This document shows, one piece after another, positions 63,537 through 64,000 of a stretch of 64,000 bases of DNA. The notes under the pieces are model-generated. The model did not search any database. It worked only from the letters and a program-made list of their open reading frames with translations, and had not been told where the DNA came from. This DNA comes from Callorhinchus milii (lineage: Eukaryota). How positions within the stretch are numbered: the stretch's first letter is position 1; each line of letters begins with the position of its first letter. The stretch is taken from positions 15,068,001-15,132,000 of the forward strand of contig NW_024704758.1 of the NCBI RefSeq assembly GCF_018977255.1, read 5' to 3'. A program made the translations under genes and the position numbers.

Positions 63537-63915
63537 ATAATAATAATAATCCTTGCATTTGATACAGCTTCTTATCACGTCTTCTACATGTCTCAAAGCG
63601 CTCAGAGAATATAATGTAAAGTGAATGGACTGTTTATAAGGCCATTCAGTGCTGTGGTGCTGCTGCTTCTGCTACGTCTTCAAAGTAAAACCCTGTGAAT
63701 CGCTTACCAAAGGTAATAATCCCTTAAAATAATAATTTGGTCACTCAATCAACAGCTGTCTGTGGGACACTGTTGTGTGAAATTGGCTGCCGCGTTTCAC
63801 CTACAAAATAGTCAGTCAGTTCACTTTACAGCATATCCTGTGAAGCGCTTTGAGATGGCTCAACGACATGATAAGGCATTTTACCAAATGCAAGGATTAT
63901 TGAGGATTATTATTA
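63537..63915. mobile_element. Two family A fragments (- 63537-63633, + 63713-63915)
   Basis: A reversed tail, then a forward body and tail. Confidence 0.85.
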
Positions 63916-64000
63916 AATCATCGCCTTAATAATGCCTTAAACCTAAGGAACCGGGTGCAGAACTGGAATACCCAGAGGAAATTTGTGACTTTCTCTTCTG

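Overview
Vertebrate non-coding DNA, most likely from a cartilaginous fish. The SINE, CR1 and L2 sequences resemble what I recall of chimaera/elephant shark repeats, but this is an inference from repeat content, not a database match. There is no intact protein-coding gene, rRNA, CRISPR array or prokaryotic-style system, and the ORF track is chance ORFs plus SINE/LINE remnants. The window is dominated by four kinds of repeat. (A) A young tRNA-headed SINE, about 30 copies or fragments, built as tRNA head + CORE-like segment + Deu-like 3' body + L2-type tail, in long and short (about 60 nt deleted) subfamilies. (B) An older DeuSINE-type family. (C) 3' fragments of CR1 and L2 LINEs. (D) An unclassified dispersed repeat with about 60-nt terminal direct repeats. 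Between the repeats are repeat-free, motif-rich blocks that look like conserved non-coding elements, plus two short plus-strand candidate exons (21121-21171 and 51949-52006), suggesting the window lies inside giant introns of an unidentified gene. I found no convincing novel biological system. The best leads are the modular SINE and its L2 partner, the unclassified repeat, several fold-back structures and the candidate exons. Repeat boundaries were read by eye and are approximate to about 10-20 nt.
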